Below, piece after piece: positions 37,164-50,580 of a stretch of 64,000 nucleotides of DNA; position 1 is the stretch's first letter; every line of letters begins with the position of its first letter. The DNA comes from Haliotis rufescens. Lineage: Eukaryota. The stretch is from NCBI RefSeq assembly GCF_023055435.1, contig NW_025964001.1, forward strand, positions 30,504,001 through 30,568,000, in the 5' to 3' direction. The notes beneath the pieces are model-generated. The model searched no databases. It saw only the letters and a list, made by a program, of their open reading frames with translations, and was not told the DNA's origin. Made by a program: the position numbers and the translations under genes.

Positions 37164-38940
37164 TGTCCCGCACACCCGTGTCATGCTACACAATAACACT
37201 GTCCCACACACTCGTGTCATGCTACACAATAACACTGTCCCACACACTCGTGTCATGCTATGCAATAACACTGTCCCACACACTCGTGTCATGCTATGCA
37301 ATAACACTGTCCCACACACTCGTGGCATGCTACACAATAACACTGTCCCACACACATGTGTCATGCTATGGAATAACACTGTCCCACACACTCGTGTCAT
37401 GCTACACAATAACACTGTCCCACACACTCGTGTCATGCTATGCAATAACACTGTACCACACACTCGTGTCATGCTACACAATAACACTGTCCCACACACT
37501 CGTGTCATGCTATACAATAACACTGTCTCACACACCCGTGTCATGCTACACAATAACACTGTCTCACACACTCGTGCCATGCTATACAATAACACTGTCT
37601 CACACACCCGTGTCATGCTACACAATAACACTGTACCAAACACTCGTGTCATAATACACAATAACACCGTCTGTCACACTCGTTTCATGCTATACAATAA
37701 CAATGCCTCACACACTCGTGTCATGCTACACAATAACACCGTACCACACACTCGTGTCATAATACACAATAACACTGTCTCACACTTGTGTCATGTTATA
37801 CAACAACGCGGTCTCACACACTCGTGTCATGCTACACAATAACACTGTACCACACACTCGTGTCATGCTATACAATAACGCGGTCTCACACACTCGTGTC
37901 ATACTACACAATAACTCTATCTCACACATTCGTGTCATGCCATACAAAAACACTGTCTCAAACAATCGTGCCATGCTATACAATAACACTGCCCCACACA
38001 CTCGTGTCATGCTATGCAATAAGACTGTTCCACACACTCGTGGCATGCTATGCAATAACACTGTACCACACACTCGTGTCAAGCTATACAATAACACTGT
38101 CTCACACACTCGTGTCATGCTACACAATAACACTGTACCACACACTCGTATCATAATACACAATAACACCGTCTCACACACTCGTGTCATGCTATACAAT
38201 AACACTGTCCCACACATTCGTGACATGCTATACAGTAACACTGTCTCACACACTCGTGTCATGCTATACAATAACACTGTCTCACACGCTCGTGTCATGC
38301 TATACAATAACACTGTCTCACACACTCGTGTCATGCTATGCAATAACACTGTCCCACACACTCGTGTCATGCTATATAATAACACTGTCTCACACACCCG
38401 TGTCATGCTATGCAATAAGACTGTTCCACAAACTCGTGGCATGCTATGCAATAACACTGTACCACACACTCGTGCCATGCTATACAATAACACTGTCTCA
38501 CACACTCGTGTCATGCTATGCAATAAGACTGTCCCACACACTCGTGGCATGCTATGCAATAACAATATCCCACAAACTCGTGTCATGCTATGAAATAACA
38601 ATGTCCCACACACTCGTGTCATGCTATACAATAACACTGTCTCACACACTCGTGCCATGCTATACAAAAACACTGTCTCACACATTCGTATCATGCTATA
38701 CAATAACACTGTCTCACACATTTGTGTATGCTACACAATAACACTGTCTCATACACTCGTGTCATACTATACAATAACAATGTCCCACACACTCGTGTCA
38801 TGCTATACAATAACAATGTCCCATACACTCGTGTCATGCTACACAATAACACTGTCTCACACACTCGTGTCATGCTACACAATAACACTGTCTCATACAC
38901 TCGTGTCATGCTACTCAATGGTACTGTCCCACAAACTCGA
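37164..38940. repeat. 36-bp minisatellite
   Basis: Unit cacacactcgtgtcatgctacacaataacactgtcc. Confidence 0.95.
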
Positions 38941-38981
38941 GTGAAACTGCACCACGCAGTTAAGTAGTGCTTCACAGTCGT

Positions 38982-39886
38982 ATTGACAGGGGCTAGATGA
39001 CTCCGTTGCAGGGATGTTTAGTGCACATATAGACAGATGCTAGATGCCAGACTTGCTGGGATATATAGTGCACATATTGACAGGGGATATTCAGCTGGGC
39101 AGAAGGCTGATTTACTCCACATATTGACCAGAGATAGATGCCTCGGTTGCTGGGAGATCTAGTGCATATAGTGACAGGGGATAGATATCTGGCCTGCTGG
39201 GTGATCAAGTTCACATATTGACAAGGGCTAGATGCCAGACTTGCTGGGAGATCTAGTGCATATAGTGACAGGGGCTAGATATCCGGCCTGCTAGGTGATC
39301 AAGTTCACATATTGACAAGGGCTGGATGCCAGACTTGCTGGGAGATCTAGTGCATATAGTGACAGGGGCTAGATATCCGGCCTGCTGAGTGATCAACTTC
39401 ACATAATGACAAGGGCTAGATGCCAGACTTGCTGGGAGATCTAGTGCATATAGTGACAGGGGCTAGATATCCGGCCTGCTGAGTGATCAAGTTCACATAT
39501 TGACAAGGGCTAGATGCCAGACTTGCTGGGAGATCTAGTGCATATAGTGACAGGGGCTAGATATCCGGCCTGCTAGGTGATCAAGTTCACATATTGACAA
39601 GGGCTGGATGCCAGACTTGCTGGGAGATCTAGTGCATATAGTGACAGGGGCTAGATATCCGGCCTGTTGGGTGATCAAGTTCACATATTGACAAGGGCTA
39701 GATGCCAGACTTGCTGGGAGATCTAGTGCATATAGTGACAGGGGCTAGATATCCGGCCTGCTGAGTGATCAAGTTCACATATTGACAAGGGCTAGATGCC
39801 AGACTTGCTGGGAGATCTAGTGCATATAGTGATAGGGGCTAGATATCTGATCTGCTGGGTGATCAAGTTCACATTATGACAAGGGC
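38982..39886. repeat. 94-bp repeat (diverged 47-bp dimer)
   Basis: Alternating tgacaagggctagatgccagacttgctgggagatc / tgacaggggctagatatccggcctgctgagtgatc halves. Confidence 0.92.
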
Positions 39887-40630
39887 TCTCACAGACTAGA
39901 CAGACAGGTCCATGCAGCCACGAGGCCACTCTCACAGACTAGACAGACAGGTCCATGCAGCCACGAGGCCACTCTCACAGACTAGACAGACAGGTCCATG
40001 CAGCCACGAGGCCACTCTCACAGACTAGACAGACAGGTCCATGCACCTACGAGGCCACTCTCACAGACTAGACAGACAGGTCCATGCAGCCACGAGGCCA
40101 CTCTCACAGACTAGACAGACAGGTCCATGCACCTACGAGGCCACTCTCACAGACTAGACAGACAGGTCCATGCAGCCACGAGGCCACTCTCACAGACTAG
40201 ACAGACAGGTCCATGCACCTACGAGGCCACTCTCACAGACTAGACAGACAGGTCCATGCAGCCACGAGGCCACTCTCACAGACTAGACAGACAGGTCCAT
40301 GCACCTACGAGGCCACTCTCACAGACTAGACAGACAGGTCCATGCAGCCACGAGGCCACTCTCACAGAGAAGACAGACAGGTCCATGCAGCCACGAGGCC
40401 ACTCTCACAGACTAGACAGACAGGTCCATGCAGCCACGAGGCCACTCTCACAGACTAGACAGACAGGTCCATGCAGCTATGAGGCCATTCTCACAGACAA
40501 GACAGACAGGTCCACGCAGCTATGAGGCCACCCTTACAGACAAGACAGAGAGTTCAATGCAGCCACGAGGCCACCCTTACAAACAAGACAGACAGGTCCA
40601 TGCACCTACGAGGTCACTCACATACACAAG
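39886..40630. repeat. 43-bp minisatellite
   Basis: Unit ctctcacagactagacagacaggtccatgcagccacgaggcca. Confidence 0.95.
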
Positions 40631-40982
40631 ACAAACGTCGATTAGTCGTTCCTTTTCCCTTGTCTCTGTCTTAGCATAGACGTATCTTGATGGCTTACCT
40701 TAGATCTGTTGCCATCCCCAAATTCTTCAGTCAAATTGCAGTCTCTCAGTCAAAATATTCAGCGAAACCATACAATACTAACTAGTTATTATGCTCAGCT
40801 GGACCTTTCACGGCCAAGTAGTTCAGCAAAGAAGTAAGTCAAACGAAATTTAACATTTTATGAACGCATCTACAAGAAGATGAACAGAAGTACACATCCT
40901 GGTACCATTAACATGTATCTGAAATAGCGGATACCGGTATGTGCGAGCGTACATGTTCCTTCATTGCCTGGTATCATACATG

Positions 40983-41464
40983 TATATGTTACACCCAATG
41001 TGTGCAACTGCCCATTGCGTGTCATGGGCAGGCCCTTTGCCCAGCTTGCCCAATGCTTTCAATTGACAGTGACGTGTATGAGTTTTAAACTCTTATTCAC
41101 AAAAGTCAAAAGGACAAAGTTATTTTATAAGGATCTATTCACCGAGTCTTAAGATCACATATTTGTTTGGATGTTATTTATTACAGTTTATTCACTTAAT
41201 AACAGAGTTTACTTTATTTAAAACCAAACATGTAAAACAATACCAATTTCAATTGCTGCTTTGGACAGAACAATTACCTGCCTATTGCGTGAAATGAGCA
41301 AGCTGGTTGCCCATATTGTGAACTATTTGGATAATTACTTTTCATTCACAGCTATTGCTCATTGCATGCAATACGCAGATAATTGTTTGCCCATTGCACG
41401 CATTGGGCAAACGGCCTGCCCAATGCACGCAATGTGCAGTTGCACAGATTAGGTGTAACATATA
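40983..41464. mobile_element. Foldback / long-TIR MITE
   Basis: About 60-bp imperfect inverted termini tatatgttacacccaatgtgtgcaactgc / gcagttgcacagattaggtgtaacatata. Confidence 0.7.
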
Positions 41465-42488
41465 CATATGAACAATATGATTCGTGTTGTATATGTATCT
41501 GATATCAGATGGTATCGTATATAACATCATAGTGTAGGATTCAAATGTATCGCGCATTTCCTGAAAATACTTTCATTGTCAGTATGTGGCTAATATTAAT
41601 AATAACAATTTGCGCGGTTCAAACATGACTGTGGCAAGGATACCCTGGAGAATACAAACGGAACACAGGCCGGGGTGGAATACAACCCCATCGGCCACGC
41701 CCGTCCCTTCCTCGCGCCACAGTTACCCTTGGCATTAACTAAATCGATTGTTCCCATGCAATAACACAAATCTCTTTGACATGAGAATAAATCGTCTTTT
41801 TTATGATAACGCCATTGTGAACTTTAGACTCGTTTCTATTGAATCATTACCAATTGGTACAACAATTGGTAAATACCCCGGGGACACAGAGAATGGATGA
41901 CTGCTACAGAAAACTGTTAATCCCGGGACATCACAGCTACAGCTGATATCGGTAATTCGGTAATTACCTAACCATAAACTATATACTTCAATGAGTCGGG
42001 GACATTTAGCCGACACCTTCCACAGTTTGACGTCTGCGCCAGAAGCTGGTGAATATACTTTCCGTCTGTTATTTTACCATTGATTATGAAATGACCGAAT
42101 AATGACTGCCTAATCGCTACGAATATAGTGCTGACATTTCTCCAACATAAAAAGGAGAGCCAGCTAGTTTGATAGTCTAGGAAACAGTGTTTCGCCATAG
42201 TAAGTGTTGCCACGGCCTTACAGATGCCCACAAATGTCCAATAAACAAGATAATGCAAACAGAAGCTGACACAAGTCATGCAGAGACAGGCACCGTCAGA
42301 CTGAATCACCAATCACCAGTCTGCTAGACCTGGTCGAGGACTGCTGCTGGCCGTTCTCATTGACCTTCCACCAGCCCACCATATGGTAGCATCATGTGCC
42401 GCTGTTTTCAAGCGTAACCTCTTTTGGAGGTGTCTGTGTTGTGTGAGAATGATTTAATAACATGGAATCTGAAATGAGAGAGTGTTAC

Positions 42489-42672
42489 CTGACAGGCAGT
42501 GTTGATAGGACGCACGGAATGTGTTTCTGACAGTCTGGAGATGCTTGACCAGGCTTGATTCTCGAGGGCCTTCTATTGCTGCGAATATCGCTGCTCCGAT
42601 GATAAGGAACAGAACATAGAATACGCACAAGGCAATCAGTCGCACGTTACTACGTCTCAGTTCGGTGAGCAT
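42489..42672 (-). CDS. KCNK1: TWIK-family K2P potassium channel, alternative first coding exon 1a (M1 helix + cap helix)
   Basis: MLTELRRSNVRLIALCVFYVLFLIIGAAIFAAIEGPRE...YQHCLS; GAxxFxxxE-x-P-x-E M1 motif and cap Cys; phase-1 donor CAG|GTAACA; upstream acceptor TTCCTTGCAG at 42761. Symbol denotes the KCNK1/6/7 co-orthologue. Confidence 0.88.
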
Positions 42673-42977
42673 GTTGCTTACTGTATGTCGGGTCCGTTCC
42701 CTCTCAGCACCGACGTGCACAACACGAGCAGACGACGCTAGCGGGATCAGTGTAGTGTTCCTGCAAGGAAACTGGGTGCTGTATTGATCGCGAAAGACAG
42801 GCCTTGACGCAGCTACGTCCAGTGATCAGGGATTCCTTCAAGGTCAAGCTTTGGGAAATCCCACTAATGGCGTCATACAATATCTGTCAGCGTACTATTG
42901 AGTTGTGCATGTGGACTAGTGTTTGGGATGGTATCACCGTCTGGGGAGGTCGATGGTGGCAGTAGGGATTGGGCGAA

Positions 42978-45478
42978 GACACCGGCGGTATAGTGTTGGT
43001 CTGGTGACACTGGCAGTATAGTGTTGGTCTAGTGACACTGGCAGTATAGTGTTGGTCTGGTGACACTGGCAGTATAGTGTTGCTCTAGTGACACTGGCAG
43101 TATAGTGTTGGTCTGGTGACACTGGCAGTATAGTGTTGGTCTAGTGACACTGGCAGTATAGTGTTGGTCTGGTGACACTGGCAGTATAGTGTTGGTCTAG
43201 TGACACCGGCGGTATAGTGTTGGTCTGGTGACACTTGCAGTATAGTGTTGCTCTAGTGACACTGGCAGTATAGTGTTGGTCCAGTGACACTGGCAGTATA
43301 GTGTTGGTCTGGTGACACTGGCAGTATAGTGTTGGTCTAGTGACATCGGCGGTATAGTGTTGGTCTGGTGACACTGGTAGTATAGTGTTGGTCTAGTGAC
43401 ACTGGCAGTATAGTGTTGGTCTGGTGACACTGGCAGTATAGTGTTGGCCTGGTGACACTGGCAGTATAGTGTTGGTCTGGTGACACTGGCAGTATAGTGT
43501 TGGTCTGGTGACACTGGCAGTATAGTGTTGGTCTAGTGACACTGGCAGTATAGTGTTGGTCTGGTGACACTGGCAGTATAGTGTTGCTCTAGTGACACTG
43601 GCAGTATAGTGTTGGTCTGGTGACGCTGGCAGTATAGTGTTGGTCTAGTGACGCTGGCAGTATAGTGTTGGTCTGGTGACGCTGGCAGTATAGTGTTGGT
43701 CTGGTGACGCTGGCAGTATAGTGTTGGTCTGGTGACGCAGGCAGTATAGTGTTGGTCTGGTGACGCTGGCAGTATAGTGTTGGTCTAGTGACACTGGCAG
43801 TATAGTATTGGTATAGTGACACTGGCAGTATAGTGTTGGTCTAGTGACGCTGGCAGTATAGTGTTGGTCTGGTGACACTGGCAGTATAGTATTGGTATAG
43901 TGACACTGGCAGTATAGTGTTGGTCTAGTGACACTGGCAGTATAGTGTTGGTCTGGTGACACTGGCAGTATAGTGTTGGTCTGGTGACACTGGCAGTATA
44001 GTATTGGTATAATGACACTGGCAGTATAGTGTTGGTCTAGTGACACTGGCAGTATAGTGTTGGTCTGGTGACACTGGCAGTATAGTGTTGGTCTGGTGAC
44101 ACTGGCAGTATAGTGTTGGTCTGGTGACACTGGCAGTATAGTGTTGGTCTGGTGACACTGGCAGTAAAGTGTTGGTCTAGTGACACTGGCAGTATAGTGT
44201 TGGTCTAGTGACACTGGCAGTATGGTGTTAGTCTAGTGACACTGGCAGTATAGTGTTGGTCCAGTGACAATGGCAGTATAGTGTTGGTCAAATGACACTG
44301 GCAGTATAGTGTTGGTCCAGTGACACTGGCAGTATAGTGTTGGTCCAGTGACACTGGCAGTATAGTGTTGGTCTTGTGACACTGGCAGTATAGTATTGGT
44401 CTAGTGACACTGGCAGTATAGTATTGGTCTAGTGACACTGGCAGTATAGTGTTGGTCTGGTGACACTGGCAGTATAGTGTTGGTCTAGTGACACTGGCAG
44501 TATAGTGTGGGTCTAGTGACACTGGCAGTATAGTGTTAGTCTAGTGACACTGGCAGTATAGTGTTGGTCCAGTGACAATGGCAGTATAGTGTTAGTCTAG
44601 TGACACTGGCAGTATAGTGTTGGTCTTGTGACACTAGCAGTATAGTATTGGTCTAGTGACACTGGCAGTATAGTATTGGTCTAGTGACACTGACAGTATA
44701 GTATTAGTCTAGTGACACTGGCAGTATAGTGTTAGTCTAGTGACACTGGCAGTATAGTGTTAGTCTTGTGACACTGGCAGTATAGTATTGGTCTAGTGAC
44801 ACTGGCAGTATAGTGTTGGTCTAGTGACACTGGCAGTATAGTATTGGTCTAGTGACACTGGCAGTATAGTATTAGTCTAGTGACACTGGCAGTATAGTGT
44901 TGGTCTAGTGACACTGGCAGTATAGTGTTTGTCTAGTGACACTGGCAGTATAGTGTTGGTCTAGTGACACTGGCAGTATAGTGTTGGTCTAGTGACACTG
45001 GCAGTATAGTGTTAGTCTAGTGACACTGGCAGTATAGTGTTGGTCTGGTGACACTGGCAGTATAGTGTTGGTCTAGTGACACCGGCGGTATAGGGTTGGT
45101 CTGGTGACACTGGCAGTATAGTGTTGGTCTAGTGACACTGGCAGTATAGTGTTGGTCTTGTGACACTGGCAGTATAGTATTGGTCTAGTGACACTGGCAG
45201 TATAGTGTTGGTCTAGTGACACTGACAGTATAGTGTTGGTCTGGTTACAATGGCAGTATAGTGTTAGTCTGGTGACACTGGCAGTATAGTGTTGGTCTAG
45301 TGACACTGGCAGTATAGTATTGGTCTAGTGACACTGGCAGTATAGTGTTGGTCTAGTGACACTGGCAGTATAGTATTGGTCTAGTGACACTGGCAGTATA
45401 GTATTGGTCCAGTGACACTGGCAGTATAGTATTGGTCAGGTGACACTGGCAGTATAGTGTTGGTCTAATGACACTGGC
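42978..45478. repeat. 28-bp minisatellite, about 89 copies
   Basis: Unit gacactggcagtatagtgttggtctagt with internal ACACT/AGTGT inverted repeat. Confidence 0.96.
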
Positions 45479-46527
45479 TCGTTAAACATGTTATTTTATA
45501 CATCGTCGGAATAGATATAAATTTTCAGAAACATCCCAACATGTATTTGTTTACGTCTTTTTAAAATCGATTTTGAAGTCGGGTATTGCATTTGTTCAGC
45601 CTCTTCCCCGTTAGGAGCATATTTCGTACTTTATACCAGTTATCGCTAGTTTCAGAAAACCTTAGACACTAATCAATGAAGGTGAGTATTCGTGTCTTTT
45701 TGCTAATTAATACTTAATATATTTTCTATTATAAGCGCTTTCCATGGAAACGTGATTAACTTGAATATGTGTAAGGGTGTTCTTGTCTGGGATTATATCT
45801 TCTAAACTATACTTTCTAGTTTACTTTACTTTACTTTATAATCACCAGTTAGTGTTGAGTACTGATTACTTCGCTATAAAATGATTTTCCACGGTATTTC
45901 CCACAAATTTTCACGGATGTGTCAGTCTGATGGCTCTTCATTAAGACAGTGGCATCGAAGATCTTTTTTTTAATTTAGTAAAAATTAATGTTTTAGCCAT
46001 CAAAATCTTGTAACACCGAAATTGCTGATATCCTTAATAATGTCATTTTACCCGTTCTGAAATTGGATGTCATTTTAAAGAAAGAATAACAGTTAACAAA
46101 ACTAACATGGCAAAAATAAACTAGCCGAGGGCATCTTTGACAAATACCACAGGGGTATTCCCGACATGCAAATCCTTATCTGGATTTGTTGGCGAAGTGT
46201 TCATCAAAGTTTTCCCAATCACCTAAAATGTTTAACATATTTGGATGCATTTCCTTTGCATACGCTTCCATTCCTCTGATCATGTAGGGGACCAGTGAAC
46301 CGTGTTACCAGTGTCCTGTTGAATGATCCGTTTTGTTCAAGAATAGCCTCGTCGTGGTGGTTGTCAAGAAGTGCAGCGTCTAGTGTTCCAGGTGAAACCA
46401 GATTCCTGTACGTACAAGGAACGTAAGTGCTCCTGGATTCGGAGGTATGGTTTTCGACCGAAAGAAGCGATCTTTGCACTCCGATTTGAAGTTCTGGCTC
46501 GAAATGAGAATACGGATTCTGGATGTA

Positions 46528-46701
46528 CAGTAAACTACGGTTATAACGAACTCAAAGGGACCACTGAGTTTAATTCGTTATAACCGTAGTTCGTTAAAAG
46601 CATATTTTCAACATAAAAACAGCGAATGGACGGGACCAAAAACCAGTTCGTTATATCCCTCAGTTCGTCATAAGCGTGTTCGTTATAAACGTAGTTTACT
46701 G
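46528..46701. mobile_element. Tc1/pogo-type MITE
   Basis: TIR CAGTAAACTACGGTTATAACGAAC, TA TSD; relatives at 25278-25446 and 21125-21312. Confidence 0.85.
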
Positions 46702-47702
46702 TAAATGCATTAATCTGAGTCATGACTGGGTGATTGTAGCAGCTTGTTTAAAGCCATGGAAGCTGCAAATATCCAGGTTGGTTTTCGCCGTGGGTGGCAA
46801 GATTGGATGTATTTCGGGGAACACAGAGGAAAAACCTACCAGCTCTGTGCTGTAAATTGCTGCTTCACGATGACCGTATATCCCCCATGTAGAGTCACAA
46901 TATAGAAGGACAGCTTGTACGCAGCGCTCCTACAGTTTTATGTAAACATTATAGGTCATGTCACCATTCTGTATTTGACGTTTAAAAGGTGACAACGCTC
47001 TACTTGCACTTTTTGCAAATTCCCCTACATATTTAATATGTAATGTTAAATGAACCAGTGTTCTAGGTACTTGTAGGATTCTACAAAGTTAAGGTCACAT
47101 TGCTACAGACGAACTGTACATATGAACGATCAGTACCCTCCTTTCTCAAGTGCACAAGTCACGATATGGCTGCAATACTGCCGATGTGACTTTAAATATT
47201 AACTCACTCACTCAAGTGCACAATACTGGACTTGTCAGCGTTAAGGCAAAGTTGTCATTTATTCATTGAGCTTTTCTTCTGATCGAGCAATTAAAACAAT
47301 GACATCAATGTCACGATGACATCAACTGGACAGGGCGAGAGCCTTGACATTGACAAACCAACTGATTGATTAAGGATTTATTAACACGAGGCAAACAATC
47401 AAGGTAATACTTATGACAAGGTAAAAGAGTAATACTCAATCAAGGCGATGATGAGCATACAACTGACCAAAGTCGGACACAAATACTGTTATCAGTATTA
47501 AGGATTTAAGTAAACAATTAACAGTAAGACTTGTCAGTTCTAATACACGGATGACCTGAGCTAAAGAGGGTATTGAATCAAAAGGGGGTATTAATAATCT
47601 ACAGAGGTATAAGTTGCCGAGACTAAATAATTTTAGTAAACATCGGAACGCCACCACCTGTCTGTAACCAGTTGACTGTAGGTGCGACTGGACGCCCTCG
47701 AA

Positions 47703-49347
47703 TGAGGCCTGGTCTAAAAGTTCTAAGCCTGACTAACTATCAAATAAACAAAGTGAACTAGTCAATGTAGTACATTGTTTGTGTAGTTCATTGCAAGTAT
47801 ATTTAGTCTGTTGACGCCGTTTGTATTTTAGTGACAGCCAGTTGAATGTAATAGGGGTCCAAATAGACACAGAAATGGAAAAGAATGAGTACCGTGCAGA
47901 GTACCGTACTCCCCAAGAAATTCATGACCGCATGTCAAAAGTGTATGGGTATAAGTGCTCTACCTATTCCACTGTTAAACGCTGGGTAGCTATGTTTAAG
48001 GCTGGGAGAACAAGCCTTGATGATGACCCTAGGTCTGGACGTCCCTCAACTTCCATCAATGAAGATTCAGTCACGATGATAGAAACATGTATACTGTCAG
48101 ATAGACGTATTACCATTGCTTGAGCTGAGGAGGACACAGGTCTAAGCCATGAAACTATTGAAACTATTGTTCATGACTACTTACAGATGAATAACATAGT
48201 TGCTAGTTGGGTACCAAAGTTTCTAAATTCTGATCTTAAGGAAAAAGGAACTGACATTGCCAGAGAAAATGTAGAGCTAAGTGAGGAGGATTTCGTCAAA
48301 ATCATAAAAAGATTAGTAACGGGTGATGACGAATGGGTCTACCACAATGCTTCCGAGTTAAAACGTCAATCCATGCAATGGCACCATTCCACTTCTCCGG
48401 CACGAAAGAAATTTAAGTCTTTAAGATAAGTGAAGAAAGTTGTGGCCACTGTATTCAGGGATGCAAAGGGTGTTACTTGTTGATTACTTACAAAGATTAC
48501 TTACAAGGTAAAAGACGATTACCGGTGCCAGCTATGCTGATTTGCTTCATCGCCTGAGAAATTCTATAAAAGAAAAGTGGTGAGGAATTGTGATTACTAA
48601 TTATGACAATGCCTCTCCTCACACCTCTCGACAAAGGCTGTTGTGCAACAATGTGGGTTCGAAAAGCTTCCTCACCCTCCATATAATCATAATAATAATA
48701 AGTGCATTTATATGCGCCAGATTCCGTCATGCACATAGCGCTACGCTATTATTACCCCGGTCAATGGATCAGTGAGCACTCTTACATTCCCTGGTGAGTA
48801 TACAACCAAAGCTGCCTGTGAGGCGCTAGAAGATTAACAGACACCGGGTACCCACGTAACAAAGTCACTTGCCAAAGGAGACACCACATGTTGTATGTGC
48901 TTAGGTGTGGGTCAGGACCGAAGCCCCAGATACTGTGGTTTCGAAGCTGGAGTCAAGCTGCTTAACGTGGTCACCCATCCAACTACTCTCCGAGGCCGGC
49001 GTTGCTTAACTTCACCTGATTTATGATCTGTACGCTGTGCACAGGACCACGTGCCACCACGTAAGCCAGACGTGGCACCAAGTCATTTCGACCCGTTTCC
49101 TAAGCTGAAAGAACACCATGGAAAGGGCTAAGACGACAACGATGACCTCAATTGCCAAGCTGCCTTGAATGGGTTTTTCAGGGGGGCTTCAGAAATCTTC
49201 TTCCTGACTGGAATTGAAAACCTTCTTCACTATCGATATGAGGAGTTTATTAAAAAACAGGGAGATTATGTTGAAAAATAAAAATATAAACACTTTCACA
49301 ATTGTTGGTTTTGTTTGTTAGCCTTGGAACTTTTTGACCATCTCTCC
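47703..49347 (+). mobile_element. Full-length degenerate mariner transposon (pseudogenised DD34D transposase)
   Basis: HTH region TVKRWVAMFKAGRTSLDDDPRSGRP, WVPK, LVTGDDEWVYH, DNASPH and HPPY//KPDVAPSHF; imperfect TIRs tggtctaaaagttctaag / cttggaactttttgacca; stops and frameshifts. Confidence 0.9.
48685..49062 (-). mobile_element. 5S rRNA-related SINE (SINE3-like) with L2/CR1-type tail, inserted in the mariner
   Basis: Minus strand GAAGTTAAGCAACGCCGGCCTCGGAGAGTAGTTGGATGGGTGACC resembles 5S box A/IE/C; ends GCGCATATAAATGCAC(TTA)n. Confidence 0.7.
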
Positions 49348-50342
49348 TAGAGGGTTGTTTTTGTTGTTGATTTAAATGTTTCAGAGGTCGCCTTCTTTGT
49401 CAGCAACTTCGGCTGACCTGTCCCTCTTTGGGACTCATGTGTTTGAGTAGGGTACACATATCTATTGTGAGTTTTAGTATTGATAAAATTTCTGTTTTTG
49501 TATTGATAATTATTTTTTTCGTATGGATATGTTTTCATTCTTTATTTTTAGAAATTGATAGAATTTCTTTGGCTACTCAGTGAATATATATAAAAAATAG
49601 ACTTCGTTTGGCCTTCGCTATTGAATCTCTTGGCCCCGGGCTGAGGCATGATCTTGACATTCCAGTAACAGGTTCAGTAATGGATTCAGGTTGATTGCAA
49701 GATGGGTATACCTTGTCTTTGTGCTTTTTGTGATGGAGTCTGAGGCGTGAGATGGCTGCTTCAACTTTCTTTTCATTTGAGTATGAGTATTGCTTTTTGT
49801 GGGGTTTTTTTTGGTTGAAATTTGTGTAGCCATCTACTGTTCTTACTTGCGTCCCATTGGGCTTGCTATGGAGACTTTGATTTTGCCTTTTATCTCTAGT
49901 TGGCTGAACTTGTCCTACACTAGAGATGTAACATGCTAAAGGAGATTATAAAAAATTGAATTTGAGAGATTCTTTACTTTCTCTAGATTTCAGACCGAAG
50001 ATTACAAACGCAATCTTTACAAATTTACAAATATACAAACACATACTAAGAGCATCAGTGAAGCGTAACATTGAGATCAGGTTTAAATATAGAACACTGA
50101 GGTAGAAATAATAATCCAGTTGTGGTTTGAGAGAAAACAAGTAGTCAGCAAAGTTGAGAAATACTTCAGATTTGGTTTACCCATCAATTGTTTGACTATA
50201 TGTGGTACTACCCCCGAGCAAGAATGACACCTGTCCTCTTCAACAAGTTTACCATCGTACTCATATCAAGAGCATCACTATGTATTGAAAAGAAACTGTA
50301 GAGAAATCCACAATGTAATATGGCACGTTTGTCATAGGCCTT

Positions 50343-50580
50343 TGTAGAATAGGTCTGCAGCAACCCATGCTTGCCGTAAAAGGCGACTATGCTTGTCGTA
50401 AAAGGCGATTAAAAGGCTGGCTTACTTGGTTGATGAATGTCATCATATCCCAATTGCATGGATCGATGCTAATGATGTCAATCACTGGACTGTCTGGTCC
50501 AGACTCGATTATTTACAGACCGGCGTCATAAAGCTGGAATATTGCTGAGTGCGGCGTTAAAAACCAACCAAACAAACAAA
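50343..50580 (+). mobile_element. Short retroposon family C
   Basis: Slightly 5'-truncated; TSD cataggcctt. Confidence 0.85.

Noticed and set aside
37149-38975. Multiple ORFs of 100-313 aa
   Set aside because: 36-bp minisatellite translations with frameshifts
30262-45478. CRISPR-like appearance of 28-45 bp repeats
   Set aside because: Head-to-tail units without unique spacers, no cas genes, eukaryotic context
48967-49013. 5S rRNA gene
   Set aside because: Only the internal promoter segment resembles 5S, and it is embedded in a SINE
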